From the IMG/VR virus record IMGVR_UViG_3300045988_148972: a stretch of 64,000 nt of DNA. The stretch is one strand, 5' to 3'. The translations under genes and the position numbers were made by a program. Source of the DNA: a virus. The notes beneath the pieces are model-generated. The model was not told the origin of the DNA, did no database searches, and saw only the letters and a list, made by a program, of their open reading frames with translations. This document shows positions 33,381-42,900 of the stretch, piece after piece. Position 1 is the first letter of the stretch. Each line of letters opens with the position of its first letter.

Positions 33381-35114
33381 ATGGCGACAAACACAAAAAA
33401 TACAAACCGTAAGAAGTCAAACCCGGGAATAAAGGAGTTCAGAGGAAAAGTGACTTCACTCGTAGACCGTGGATACCAGTATATAGGCATGGCCCGCGTG
33501 TCGGAAATCCCGTCTGTATCTTCCTCGGAAATGATGAAAGGGGGAGGGGCTATCGGCGGGCTGCCCATTCAGGGCACGTTTGATATTTTCGACAGCCGGC
33601 AGTCAAACCCGGTGCCGGTCAGCAATGCCGGGACACCCGGTCTGGGTTACATTCCATGGGGACCTGGCAACATGCTGCCGAATACTATCTACAAACTGGT
33701 AGGCAGTCTTCCATACACGGCGACCGCCATCAAATATATTATTGACCTGGCCGTAGGGCTCGGGCCGCAGCTTATGTACCGCTGGTCACGCTACGTAAAC
33801 GGTACGGTAAAGACTGAACTGATTCCCTTCAAGGATGCCGGACTACTGATTCGCAACCGCATCATGGAGATTCAGGCACAGATTGACCAGCAGAAAGCAG
33901 AAAGCGGAGAAGAGCAGGGTGGGGGAGGCACAATTACCTGGTCGCAGGCCGTATCTGGAGAGGAACAGAAAGATTCCGCAAAGGTTGGAACACCGGAATA
34001 CGAGCTGAAGCAGCTTCGTGAAGATTATCGCACCTGGGAAGAGACTGACAAGGAATGGGACAAGTTCTGTGAAAATAACAATCTGGAACTTCACTACCTG
34101 AAGTGCATGACAGACGACGCGCACATGGACATTTATTTCCCGACTATCGGGCTAAGCATCGGACGGAAGGACGAAGAGTGGGACCCGAAAATCGTCAAGT
34201 TAGGAAACATTCCGGCGGTGTGCTGCCGTATGGAGGAAATGGACGAACGGATGCGCATAAACTACGTGTATTATGCGGAGAAGTGGCGAAAGGATGCCAC
34301 GCCAAAGTTGGAAAGAAAGGATGTGGTGGCTTATCCCACACTGATGCCTGAAAATATGCTTACGGAGCTTCGCCGTCAGGTGGAAAAGAGTAAGAACCGT
34401 CCTCCAAAGAAACGTACCACCTGGTTCTGCTGTCCCAGCTACTATGCGTCTATGCTGAAACCTTATTACCCTCAGCCGGCCTGGTGGAGTATCTTCCCGT
34501 CGATGACCTTCGATTATGCCACGACTCTGATGGCTGATAAACACATGGCCCGCCAGAATGCGACCATGTGGGGGAAAATGATTTTCATCAACAACGAGTA
34601 CCTTCGTGCGATGTTCGATGAAATGGGAGCGGATACTACCGAAGCGAAACAAGCTGTACGTGACAGTATCTATAAGAAGGTGAATGAGTTCCTTCAACGC
34701 CGAGAGAACAACGGGAAAACTATTTGTCTGGACTCGTTTGTAGGCCCTGACGGGAAGACGATGCAGCATGCGGTGGAGATTGTGGATGTGCCGCAGGTAG
34801 CAAACTCAATAGAATTGAAAAACGAGTTGGAGGAAATATCCAGCATTATATTCTTTGCCATCGGTGTGCATCCGGCCCTTATTGGTGCGGTTCCCGGTAA
34901 AAGCGGTAGTAGTGGGGGAACTTACCAGCGCGAATTGCAGTTGCTCAAGCAAAACCAGCTTTCTACCCGGCAGCGTATTTATCTGCGGTTCCTGAAGAAT
35001 ATCTATACATTCAATAAATGGGACAAGCATGGAGAAATAGTCATCCGTCAGCAGACATTTACCACGCTCGACCGTAGCGCAACCGGCACAGAAGAGACAG
35101 AATCCACGCTATAA
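33381..35114 (+). CDS. Putative portal protein (577 aa)
   Basis: Supported by size, late-promoter control, and the segment WGPGNMLPNTIYKLVGSLPYTATAIKYIIDLAVGLG, which resembles a portal N-terminal motif from memory. Not verified. Confidence 0.45.
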   Translation: MATNTKNTNRKKSNPGIKEFRGKVTSLVDRGYQYIGMARVSEIPSVSSSEMMKGGGAIGGLPIQGTFDIFDSRQSNPVPVSNAGTPGLGYIPWGPGNMLPNTIYKLVGSLPYTATAIKYIIDLAVGLGPQLMYRWSRYVNGTVKTELIPFKDAGLLIRNRIMEIQAQIDQQKAESGEEQGGGGTITWSQAVSGEEQKDSAKVGTPEYELKQLREDYRTWEETDKEWDKFCENNNLELHYLKCMTDDAHMDIYFPTIGLSIGRKDEEWDPKIVKLGNIPAVCCRMEEMDERMRINYVYYAEKWRKDATPKLERKDVVAYPTLMPENMLTELRRQVEKSKNRPPKKRTTWFCCPSYYASMLKPYYPQPAWWSIFPSMTFDYATTLMADKHMARQNATMWGKMIFINNEYLRAMFDEMGADTTEAKQAVRDSIYKKVNEFLQRRENNGKTICLDSFVGPDGKTMQHAVEIVDVPQVANSIELKNELEEISSIIFFAIGVHPALIGAVPGKSGSSGGTYQRELQLLKQNQLSTRQRIYLRFLKNIYTFNKWDKHGEIVIRQQTFTTLDRSATGTEETESTL

Positions 35115-35152
35115 CATACATTTTTCTTCTTCTTTTTTGGTTTTATTCACAG

Positions 35153-35192
35153 AAAAAATCCCGGCAAAACGTCTGATTTGTCGGGATTTTTG
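35153..35192. terminator. Terminator hairpin
   Basis: AAAATCCCG ... CGGGATTTT stem flanked by an A-run and a T-run. Confidence 0.7.
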
Positions 35193-35214
35193 TTGATTTT
35201 GGCTCAAGTGTTTA

Positions 35215-35301
35215 TTAATAGATTTTTCAGTGGCGTAGTATCGCCACTTCAGTCGCGCTTAATAGATTTTTTGGTGGCGATACTACGCCACTAAACTCGC
35301 G
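35215..35301. repeat. Tandem about-44-bp unit x2, each with a GTGGCG/CGCCAC hairpin whose loops are mutually complementary
   Basis: TTAATAGATTTTTCAGTGGCG-TAGTAT-CGCCACT.. and TTAATAGATTTTTTGGTGGCG-ATACTA-CGCCACT.. Confidence 0.75.
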
Positions 35302-35304
35302 TAA

Positions 35305-35619
35305 CTACGATTTTTCTTCATCTTTGCTTTTGGAATCTTTATTTTCCGGCTGTTTTTCATGGCTCGTGTTCCCTTGAATGGCGTTTAAAAGATTGATAAT
35401 CAATCTGTGTTCAATCCGCTTTATCATCAGGAACTGGGTGTATGTCTTGGCTATCTGTGCAATGATGAAAGAAAGCATCAATATAATAGAGATGAAAAAA
35501 TTGTACAACAAGTCCCTTGTTTCAGTCCCGTTAAAATATGAAAAAACAGAAAAGGCTATTTGAGCACATACGATGATAGGGAAAATAAAGTTGATTGCTT
35601 TTAAGATTTTATCTTTCAT
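35305..35619 (-). CDS. Membrane protein (104 aa)
   Basis: Two hydrophobic helices and a Lys/Asp/Glu-rich tail. Confidence 0.55.
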   Translation of the reverse strand: MKDKILKAINFIFPIIVCAQIAFSVFSYFNGTETRDLLYNFFISIILMLSFIIAQIAKTYTQFLMIKRIEHRLIINLLNAIQGNTSHEKQPENKDSKSKDEEKS

Positions 35620-35658
35620 AATCTGTTTGTATTTTTATGTATAAATGAATGTATAAAA

Positions 35659-36078
35659 TTACTGTTCTATTTCCACACGCAGATAGGGCATTCCGCCTGG
35701 TAGCATTGGCCATATCTCCGCGTCTGGTGTAAGCATCCGCATCTGTTTCGAAGCGAGTCCAAGCAGGCAAAGCTTTTCTACTTCTGTATGGAATCCTGTC
35801 CATAATTCTCCATCTTTTGCGCAAGCAGCTTGCAGGAAAGAAGCTCCGCCACCTTTATCTTTAAAGAATCCGTCAGGTAATTGCAACAACATTTCTCTGA
35901 TTTCCTGCCGGTGCTTTTCGATACGTTCCGTATGGAATCCTACATTTACATTGGTATTCTGAATAGAACGCACAAAAAAATGAAGTCCTTCTTTCTTACA
36001 TTCTTCGTATTCTTCGTGGCTGCGAAACATGCAGTCGGCGAAAATTCGGTCCACGTTTTCAGTATTCAGTTCGGTCAT
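35659..36078 (-). CDS. Hypothetical protein (139 aa)
   Basis: ORF. Confidence 0.6.
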   Translation of the reverse strand: MTELNTENVDRIFADCMFRSHEEYEECKKEGLHFFVRSIQNTNVNVGFHTERIEKHRQEIREMLLQLPDGFFKDKGGGASFLQAACAKDGELWTGFHTEVEKLCLLGLASKQMRMLTPDAEIWPMLPGGMPYLRVEIEQ

Positions 36079-36827
36079 GGCTCTGTGATTTTAATGTCGT
36101 CAAGGTTATTCAAATAAACAATAATATCTTTAATAACATATACATATTCTACATTGCTTTCACCTCCCAGATAGGTAGCTGTATTTATTTCGTCAATATC
36201 CGAATGAGGGAAAGCGCTTTTGAAAAGTTCTTTCAGCATATTGAAGTTTTTTTCAGAGGCTGTAAGGTGGTGCCCGTAGTTTGTAACAGACGATACATCG
36301 AATCCTTTTTTCTTCAACATTTCCACCTGATTTTTTATTTCCTTTTCGCGACTGGAAGGGAAGATACTCCCTCTCAATGTGGCTGTCATTTTGTACCGGT
36401 CGAAAATAATTTCATCTATATTTCCGGTTCCTTCGTTGTGCCACCATTCATCAAATGATTCAGTGATAAGTTTCAACCTTTCCCTTGCATCCTCGTTCGA
36501 TACCTTCATGCCAAGCTGTTTTCTTAGTTCCCGGTTTTCATGGTTGAGTGAGCGTATCTCCTGGATGTATTCATTGTACTTTTTGTTGATGTCACCTTCA
36601 TATCCGAGGCTGTTCAGAATTTCTATAGAATTTTGTTCAAACAATTCTGCACTTGACTCTTTTGTACCTTCGTTTAGTTCCCCTTTTTGAAGCAAATAAA
36701 GCAATAATGAGAAATTTTTGACCAACGTCTCCATTTTTACACACAACATTCCGTGCAATGTTCCGTCCGGATCAAGAACCGGAGTATTATCATCGTTCTT
36801 TTTAAAGTTGATTTTTCTTTCTTCCAT
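36075..36827 (-). CDS. Hypothetical protein (250 aa)
   Basis: ORF overlapping the next start by 4 nt. Confidence 0.65.
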   Translation of the reverse strand: MEERKINFKKNDDNTPVLDPDGTLHGMLCVKMETLVKNFSLLLYLLQKGELNEGTKESSAELFEQNSIEILNSLGYEGDINKKYNEYIQEIRSLNHENRELRKQLGMKVSNEDARERLKLITESFDEWWHNEGTGNIDEIIFDRYKMTATLRGSIFPSSREKEIKNQVEMLKKKGFDVSSVTNYGHHLTASEKNFNMLKELFKSAFPHSDIDEINTATYLGGESNVEYVYVIKDIIVYLNNLDDIKITEP

Positions 36828-36839
36828 GGTTTTTTCGTT

Positions 36840-37082
36840 TTATTCGGTATCTAAAATGTCATAGGTCTTATTATCTCCCTGATAGTCATCCAGCGGACAC
36901 CAGTCTGGGATTTCTATTGGTACATCAAGAACTTTGGTTACGTCATTTCGCTTTACCACCTTGTTTATTGGTGAACATAGAATAATATATCCAAAGGTAG
37001 CGTTCTCCAAGTTGTATTTGCGATGGAATACACATTCTTCGCAATGCGAAACAATTGTGCTGATTTTCTTTTTTTCTGCCAT
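36840..37082 (-). CDS. Small Cys-motif protein (80 aa), paralog of 37089-37391
   Basis: CEECVFHRKY...LCSP...IPDWCPLDDYQGDN. Confidence 0.6.
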   Translation of the reverse strand: MAEKKKISTIVSHCEECVFHRKYNLENATFGYIILCSPINKVVKRNDVTKVLDVPIEIPDWCPLDDYQGDNKTYDILDTE

Positions 37083-37088
37083 AGGTTT

Positions 37089-37391
37089 TTAGTTTCTATA
37101 TCTCACCAAAGGTGCCTCCCATTGTGAATCACGTGGCTTTTCTTCTTTAATCCCGTAAATTTCATTTTCTCCGGTGTAGCAATCCAGCGGGCACCATTCC
37201 GGGATAAAGTTACTCATATTTATCTTATCTGAGTGATAAATATAATCATCAGTAATGATTATTTGTTCTTTTTCTTTGCATACAAGCACTGAACCGGTTG
37301 AGCCTTGAGAAGAGTCGTACCTTTTTGAGTGTGGACACTTCAGGCAGTCGGTAATGACTGCGCTTATTCTGGGTTTAACTTTATTATCCAT
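37089..37391 (-). CDS. Small Cys-motif protein (100 aa), paralog of 36840-37082
   Basis: CLKCPHSKRY...VCKE...IPEWCPLDCYTGEN. Confidence 0.6.
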   Translation of the reverse strand: MDNKVKPRISAVITDCLKCPHSKRYDSSQGSTGSVLVCKEKEQIIITDDYIYHSDKINMSNFIPEWCPLDCYTGENEIYGIKEEKPRDSQWEAPLVRYRN

Positions 37392-37402
37392 ATTACTTAT
37401 TT

Positions 37403-38044
37403 TTATTCCGGTAGTGGGTTATCAAATATTTCTTTCAGTTTATTCATTGATTCCTGAATACGTTTTTCAAGGTTTTCCGTGTAGTGGTCATCATTTATCG
37501 GATTGGGGATAAATGTTGTTTCTACTCCGTAACGACCTATGTCAAGAGGGAGAGGGAAAAACGAAACAGTATCTACTGTCGTTCCTGGGATTAAATTGAC
37601 GGTAATGCTCACGCCTTTAACGTCTTTCACCATCGTAAACCAGACGCTATGATTCTTACACGTTGCGAGGTCCTTTATCAGTCCTTTCTCTTCCAGTGGT
37701 TTCAGGTATTTCGTAATGTATAAATCGGTGTTTACTGACTTCCTGTTTAGTTCATCATTAAGGGATTTATTTGCAGCCATCAGTCTTTGATAAATAAACC
37801 TCCGTTCTGGTGATCTGAATGTTTCCTCTGCTGACACATCGGACTTGAAAAATGTGATATGGTCTTCATCCGCCTCTGTTTCGATAATGACTTTCATTGA
37901 GTTTTCTCGTGACGGCTCATTAAGTCTGAACATGATTCGGCATCTGCATGGAATAACCCGCAAGTCTGTGATAATTCCTTTCTCTTCCAGCGGTTTCAGG
38001 TATTCAGACACATATTTTTCTATTGAGTAATCGTTTGCGGTCAT
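37403..38044 (-). CDS. Internally duplicated protein (213 aa)
   Basis: YVSEYLKPLEEKGIITDL and YITKYLKPLEEKGLIKDL mark the two repeats. Confidence 0.65.
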   Translation of the reverse strand: MTANDYSIEKYVSEYLKPLEEKGIITDLRVIPCRCRIMFRLNEPSRENSMKVIIETEADEDHITFFKSDVSAEETFRSPERRFIYQRLMAANKSLNDELNRKSVNTDLYITKYLKPLEEKGLIKDLATCKNHSVWFTMVKDVKGVSITVNLIPGTTVDTVSFFPLPLDIGRYGVETTFIPNPINDDHYTENLEKRIQESMNKLKEIFDNPLPE

Positions 38045-38048
38045 AGGG

Positions 38049-38564
38049 CTATTTTTCTTTTATTTCTCTGATTGACTGCATGAAATAAGCATTATCCAGC
38101 ATGTTGAGAAGTCCTCTTTCTTTTTCACTGATATACTTTTGTTTGTTCCACATTTCATATAAGGCATCTTCGGTGAGAAGTCCTGCCGGTAAAATACGTA
38201 TGGTGAAGGATTTCATATCTACATGCTTGATATGGTACTGCCAACATTTGTACTGCATGAAGTTTGCGTATTGGACGGCTATTCCCGGTCGGTCAATCAC
38301 AGATCCGAGGAAAAGCAGGACTGCGTTCTCAATGGTGTAGGTGTGGTTCTCTTTTATCCGGTCGTGAAGGATGGCGACTCCATTCCATTTACCTAGCAAG
38401 GATTCAAAATTTTTGTCTGTTCTGTAATGGGGTTCGTTTATCATACACATAAACAAAGTTTTTCCTTCTTCCGGTGTTAATTCTCTTTTGGGTTTCCGGT
38501 CAAGTTCCTCACACCATTTCTGAATGGCGTCCGGACCGAGATCTTTCTGATGTTTAAATTCCAT
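38049..38564 (-). CDS. Hypothetical protein (171 aa)
   Basis: ORF. Confidence 0.6.
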   Translation of the reverse strand: MEFKHQKDLGPDAIQKWCEELDRKPKRELTPEEGKTLFMCMINEPHYRTDKNFESLLGKWNGVAILHDRIKENHTYTIENAVLLFLGSVIDRPGIAVQYANFMQYKCWQYHIKHVDMKSFTIRILPAGLLTEDALYEMWNKQKYISEKERGLLNMLDNAYFMQSIREIKEK

Positions 38565-38586
38565 AGCTATATTGTTTAATGGTTTC

Positions 38587-38862
38587 TTACTTTATACGTT
38601 CCGACTGTTCCGCACATGTTACACGGCCAATTTCAAGGTTTCTGCAGCTCATACATGTGGGTACGGTAGGGGAGTAGACACGTCCGCATTTCGGGCAGAT
38701 CCATCCGTATATCGCTGATGCTGGTATATTGTCAGCAGGTTTGTTTTCACTGCGGGCCATTTCAACGGCCTTCATTGCATCGTCCAGAGATACGGTGTAG
38801 TATAATTCACCTCCAATGAATCGGCCCGTTTTCTTTTTGTCAAGGTATTCTTTGGGTGTCAT
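38587..38862 (-). CDS. Zinc-ribbon protein (91 aa)
   Basis: CPKCGRV...CMSC. Confidence 0.55.
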   Translation of the reverse strand: MTPKEYLDKKKTGRFIGGELYYTVSLDDAMKAVEMARSENKPADNIPASAIYGWICPKCGRVYSPTVPTCMSCRNLEIGRVTCAEQSERIK

Positions 38863-39194
38863 GGTTCAATTATTTGTAGTTCATTACCAACTTTCAGTTT
38901 GGCTAAGAGTGTATTTACGGCTGCTACCTGATTTGACAATTCATTGAGGTAGATCCTAAATATTTCTTTCATCAGCTTGTCATCCACGTTTATATTGACA
39001 GTCTTGGATTTTCCTTTTTTATATCCGAACAATTTTCGTTCTTTGTAGATAATGAACTGATGAAGTTGAATATCTTCCATCTCTTTCATGTTTTGAATGG
39101 CTCCATCGAGCATTTTCAGCCTTCTTGTGGCTTCCACTTCATTACCAAGGATTCCCTCGACTTCATCTATCAGTTTCTTTAGATCTTCCGTCAT
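38859..39194 (-). CDS. Hypothetical protein (111 aa)
   Basis: ORF with a 4-nt overlap. Confidence 0.55.
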   Translation of the reverse strand: MTEDLKKLIDEVEGILGNEVEATRRLKMLDGAIQNMKEMEDIQLHQFIIYKERKLFGYKKGKSKTVNINVDDKLMKEIFRIYLNELSNQVAAVNTLLAKLKVGNELQIIEP

Positions 39195-39445
39195 AACTCA
39201 TTCTGTTTATGGTTTGTGGGGTAATCACTCCACTCTCTTATCTCTGCATTGCAGCAGGGGCACAAAACATATAGCAATGTTTTTTCTATTCTTGTAAATG
39301 GGAACTTCCCATCACTTCTGGATAGCACGTCCCTTTTATCGAAAGTAAACTCGCACCCGCAGAACTGACAGGTCGCTATTTTCTTATCGTATTTCCCTTC
39401 TTTGATAATTTCAATCATATTGTTACAGGTTAGACAACACCACAT
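39191..39445 (-). CDS. Zinc-ribbon protein (up to 84 aa)
   Basis: CQFCGC...CPCC. The start could instead be the internal MIEII. Confidence 0.5.
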   Translation of the reverse strand: MWCCLTCNNMIEIIKEGKYDKKIATCQFCGCEFTFDKRDVLSRSDGKFPFTRIEKTLLYVLCPCCNAEIREWSDYPTNHKQNEL

Positions 39446-39480
39446 ACATGGCTGCCAAAAACAGATAATATAATTTGGTT

Positions 39481-39831
39481 TTACTCATGGCTGATTGCCT
39501 TTACATATTGTTCAAGAATTGATTTCACTTTTCGGATGGACTCTGTTTCCAGGTGGATGACGGGATGTAAATATTCTTCGCATTCATCTTCGTTTGTATA
39601 TAGGATGTACAGCATATCTTCTTTAAATTCCACGCCTTTAAATCTGACTTCAACGCCATCTGCCTGGAAAAATATTTCATCTTCCAGATCCAGTTCGTCG
39701 ACAATCTCATAACTTTCTATTCTGAAACCATCCATGTCGTCGTATTCACAGACGGGAGCGAGGAGCAGATAAATTTCTCCATAAAGCTTGAATCGCTCCA
39801 GCATTTCTTTTTTGGTGATTTCTATTTTCAT
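39481..39831 (-). CDS. Hypothetical acidic protein (116 aa)
   Basis: ORF. Confidence 0.55.
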   Translation of the reverse strand: MKIEITKKEMLERFKLYGEIYLLLAPVCEYDDMDGFRIESYEIVDELDLEDEIFFQADGVEVRFKGVEFKEDMLYILYTNEDECEEYLHPVIHLETESIRKVKSILEQYVKAISHE

Positions 39832-39847
39832 GGTTACTTAGTGTTGA

Positions 39848-40498
39848 TTAATATCCGTTTTGACATGCTTCGCAGCAAAATTTCTCACGATCACCTGCAT
39901 CGGAATCATTGATTTCGTATTTACGTCCGCACTGCTGGCAGGTATATTCAATCACGTCCGACTGATAGTATTTGCAGGAATCTTCCGCTTTTACTTCCTT
40001 CCCGAAATTGGTACATTTCCCGTCGTCATAACTGTTGCAAGTTGCGCAGGTGGGGGAGAAGTTCTCGCAGTTGTCTAAATTCACTCTGACTGTCACTTTT
40101 TCTTGATGTAAAGTGAAGTAAGGTTGCTGAAACTCTTTTCCATTTTTAAAGTCGATACAGTAAAATCTAAACATTAAATTGCTAAGGCATATAATGTTAT
40201 AATCAGAGATGACTCGATATATATGGCTCATGTGCCTTTCCCCGTTACCACATTCAATAGCCATGTTGGAATAATCAGGTATTGAATCTGCTACAATACC
40301 CATAAACTCTTTAAATGTGTTTTTTATGACTTCCGGATCATGCTGTATATACTCATTTGATTCTAAGTCACGTCCTAATATTCCGAGTTTTAGATTTATC
40401 GAATTGCATTTATCGCACAGTTCTTCATATTTAATAGCTTCTTCTTTTTTGTCGAATCGGCTACCATCATTTGTTTCGTATATTTCTATTGCTTTCAT
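39848..40498 (-). CDS. Protein with a Cys-rich C-terminus (216 aa)
   Basis: CATCNSYDDGKC, CQQCGRK and CCEAC. Confidence 0.6.
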   Translation of the reverse strand: MKAIEIYETNDGSRFDKKEEAIKYEELCDKCNSINLKLGILGRDLESNEYIQHDPEVIKNTFKEFMGIVADSIPDYSNMAIECGNGERHMSHIYRVISDYNIICLSNLMFRFYCIDFKNGKEFQQPYFTLHQEKVTVRVNLDNCENFSPTCATCNSYDDGKCTNFGKEVKAEDSCKYYQSDVIEYTCQQCGRKYEINDSDAGDREKFCCEACQNGY

Positions 40499-40501
40499 AA
40501 A

Positions 40502-40663
40502 CTATTTTGTCTTTAAAAGTTCCGGATTGTCGTGTATATTTCCCACGATTTCACACTGGAATCCCTCTTCGGATGTTTCGGTAAAGGCGTGAAGGGGGAA
40601 TCCTCCATAAATCCATTGATTATGGATTAATCCTTTCCCTCTGAATTTTATTATTGGTTCCAT
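40502..40663 (-). CDS. Short YopX-like protein (53 aa), below the ORF-track cutoff
   Basis: Translated by hand as MEPIIKFRGKGLIHNQWIYGG...CEIVGNIHDNPELLKTK. IVGNIHDNPELL is the YopX C-terminal signature. Confidence 0.5.
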   Translation of the reverse strand: MEPIIKFRGKGLIHNQWIYGGFPLHAFTETSEEGFQCEIVGNIHDNPELLKTK

Positions 40664-40666
40664 AAT

Positions 40667-40981
40667 CTACATAATAATGGTTCCAGAATTATTTTCTATG
40701 TATGTTTGAGTCTTCACGGACCGTAACCATTGATTACGGATTTTCGCCCAATATTCAATATCAATACTGTTGAAAATATGCCTGCGAATTTTTGCAGCTT
40801 TTTTAGCGTATTGCATAATGTCTTCGATAGGCCGGCTCATTCTTCGTTGAATATCAAAACCAATCTCTTCAATTCTATTATAACAATTCACTTTTATGTA
40901 ACATAGTCCGATGCCTTCTACTTCTGCAAAGACAAATATGTCACTTAAAAATAATGGGTTATATATCTCATATATTTTCAT
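40667..40981 (-). CDS. Hypothetical protein (104 aa)
   Basis: The internal ATG (MKIYEIYN) removes the overlap with the upstream gene. Confidence 0.5.
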   Translation of the reverse strand: MKIYEIYNPLFLSDIFVFAEVEGIGLCYIKVNCYNRIEEIGFDIQRRMSRPIEDIMQYAKKAAKIRRHIFNSIDIEYWAKIRNQWLRSVKTQTYIENNSGTIIM

Positions 40982-40986
40982 ATCAG

Positions 40987-41361
40987 TTATTTTTCTGTAT
41001 TGGGTAGTAAATCTTTTTTGTAAGCCCATTTCACGGCAGGAGAATAATATTCCTCCCAATCATCATCATAATCAACGATTTTCCCATTTCCCAAGAGCAA
41101 TACAACATCATCATGGTTATTTATATTTATATCGAAATCATGCCATACGCTGTTAATCTTACTTTCGTATCCATCCAGGAAACCTTCGCAATATGTCGTA
41201 GAGTCATAAGAGGACGGATTATCTCGGACAAGTTCTGATTTTGATTTGATCAACGGCATAAGTCGTGTGATTTTTTGCATACGTGAGTGTACATTGTTTG
41301 CATGTGAAAGTGCCTTATCCGCATTATCGAGCATGATGTTTATTTTATCTTCTTTTTTCAT
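40987..41361 (-). CDS. Hypothetical protein (124 aa)
   Basis: ORF. Confidence 0.55.
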   Translation of the reverse strand: MKKEDKINIMLDNADKALSHANNVHSRMQKITRLMPLIKSKSELVRDNPSSYDSTTYCEGFLDGYESKINSVWHDFDININNHDDVVLLLGNGKIVDYDDDWEEYYSPAVKWAYKKDLLPNTEK

Positions 41362-41879
41362 GGTTTGTCTTTTAAGTATTCCGGGTTCAGGTGATTATTA
41401 TGTATAAGCCATTCAATCATGCAAATAACGGCATCGAAGGATTTGTGTCTCATTTCCTGATGTTTTACATCGTATCCAAGTTCCTCGTAAGAAATGAACC
41501 AATATTGCCCGTCGCTATTCATATCAAAATCGGCATTTGGCCTGTGTCTCTGTTTTATTGACTTTGGGATAAGCTCCAGAAGTCGGTCTAGGCTCCATGC
41601 AGGAATGTCTTTCCCCCATAAGAGATCGAAGATTTCCTCTCCGGTCATTAATGTACCGTCCGGATGTTTATGGAAAGGGCTTTCCAGTTTTGCGATTCTT
41701 TCCGGTGTCCAATACTTCCCTCTCAATGTGGGAGGTTTTGTTTGAAGTTCCCATTCCAATGATTTTACCCGGCTGTTAGTATGGTGATACACCATGTCGG
41801 CCGTTTCCGGTTTTAGCCCCAGCGAAAGAAGTATTTCCGACTGGTCGCGTGTAGTTGCTATTTGTGATTTGAAGTCCAT
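41358..41879 (-). CDS. Hypothetical protein (173 aa)
   Basis: ORF. Confidence 0.6.
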   Translation of the reverse strand: MDFKSQIATTRDQSEILLSLGLKPETADMVYHHTNSRVKSLEWELQTKPPTLRGKYWTPERIAKLESPFHKHPDGTLMTGEEIFDLLWGKDIPAWSLDRLLELIPKSIKQRHRPNADFDMNSDGQYWFISYEELGYDVKHQEMRHKSFDAVICMIEWLIHNNHLNPEYLKDKP

Positions 41880-41882
41880 ATT

Positions 41883-42098
41883 TTATTCCTCCACTTTTAC
41901 AAAGATTACACTAGTTTTATCCCTTCTACTTTCATCGCATTTACCTACAAATGATTCAGCAAAATCGTCACACATCGGAAAATTCTCGTTCCAGAAAAAA
42001 CATCCTATACACGATGTAGGCTTTTTAGATGGTTCAACTTTCAGCTTTACCAGCCCGCACTGGAAAATTTCTCCTATTTTAAATTCCTTCTTCGCCAT
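41883..42098 (-). CDS. Small Cys-motif protein (71 aa), paralog of 42439-42639
   Basis: KKEFKIGEIFQCGLVKLKV...CIGCFF...DKTSVIFVKVEE. Confidence 0.55.
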   Translation of the reverse strand: MAKKEFKIGEIFQCGLVKLKVEPSKKPTSCIGCFFWNENFPMCDDFAESFVGKCDESRRDKTSVIFVKVEE

Positions 42099-42099
42099 A

Positions 42100-42435
42100 T
42101 TATAACTCCATTGATTTTTGAAGTTCACTAACAAGTGCATCCGCTGATTTGACAGACACTTTAGCAAGTGCTGTAAATGGGAAATCTTCTTTTGTGGTTA
42201 GAAATTGCATTAGCTCAGGACTAGCATGATTCGCTGCCATTATTGCAATTGCAGCCTGTATCCTTACTTGCTGCCAATCTGGATAAACATTTTTGAAATC
42301 CAGTTCGGTATCAAAATACGTATTCCCGTCAGAGCCTTCATATACACTTTTTGCACCAGACTTTGCAGTAGGTTGAGAGTTAAGGTTCAACTTAACTTCA
42401 ACAATTTTCCCGGTATATAAAACTTTTGCTTTCAT
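42100..42435 (-). CDS. Hypothetical protein (111 aa)
   Basis: ORF. Confidence 0.55.
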   Translation of the reverse strand: MKAKVLYTGKIVEVKLNLNSQPTAKSGAKSVYEGSDGNTYFDTELDFKNVYPDWQQVRIQAAIAIMAANHASPELMQFLTTKEDFPFTALAKVSVKSADALVSELQKSMEL

Positions 42436-42438
42436 GTT

Positions 42439-42639
42439 TTATTTCTCCACCTTTATAAAAATTACATTGGTTTTATCTTCTCTGTTTTTTGAACTACAAA
42501 ATCCTACTATGTCAAAATCACATTTATATCTAAAAAAACAATATCTGCATGAACGATTTTCATCCTTGTATTCAATACACTTTAATTTAATCAGTCCGCA
42601 CTGAAATGTTTCTCCGACATTAAATTCTTTCTTCGGCAT
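42439..42639 (-). CDS. Small Cys-motif protein (66 aa), paralog of 41883-42098
   Basis: KKEFNVGETFQCGLIKLKC...CRYCFF...DKTNVIFIKVEK. Confidence 0.55.
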   Translation of the reverse strand: MPKKEFNVGETFQCGLIKLKCIEYKDENRSCRYCFFRYKCDFDIVGFCSSKNREDKTNVIFIKVEK

Positions 42640-42642
42640 ATT

Positions 42643-42897
42643 TCAATCTTCGTCTTTAGGGAACAAGCTCTCAATATCTACACTGGTATAATAGCTTAGA
42701 ATATCTTCAAAGTGATCAATGCAAATGCCTGTTCTTTGCGCCACACAATGAATTTCACGTTCAGAATCCACTCCAAGTATCTTATCAAAAATAGTCGTGC
42801 AATTAGGATATTCTATCCATACCACAAGGCCATGGTCCATTTGCCATTCATATCCATCAATCAGTTCTGTGAGTAATTTTAGTTTCTTGAAATCCAT
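42643..42897 (-). CDS. Hypothetical protein (84 aa)
   Basis: ORF. Confidence 0.5.
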   Translation of the reverse strand: MDFKKLKLLTELIDGYEWQMDHGLVVWIEYPNCTTIFDKILGVDSEREIHCVAQRTGICIDHFEDILSYYTSVDIESLFPKDED

Positions 42898-42900
42898 ATT

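Noticed and set aside
34200-34769. 189-aa minus ORF inside the putative portal gene
   Set aside because: It is antisense to a 577-aa continuous ORF and has an Arg/His-rich composition.
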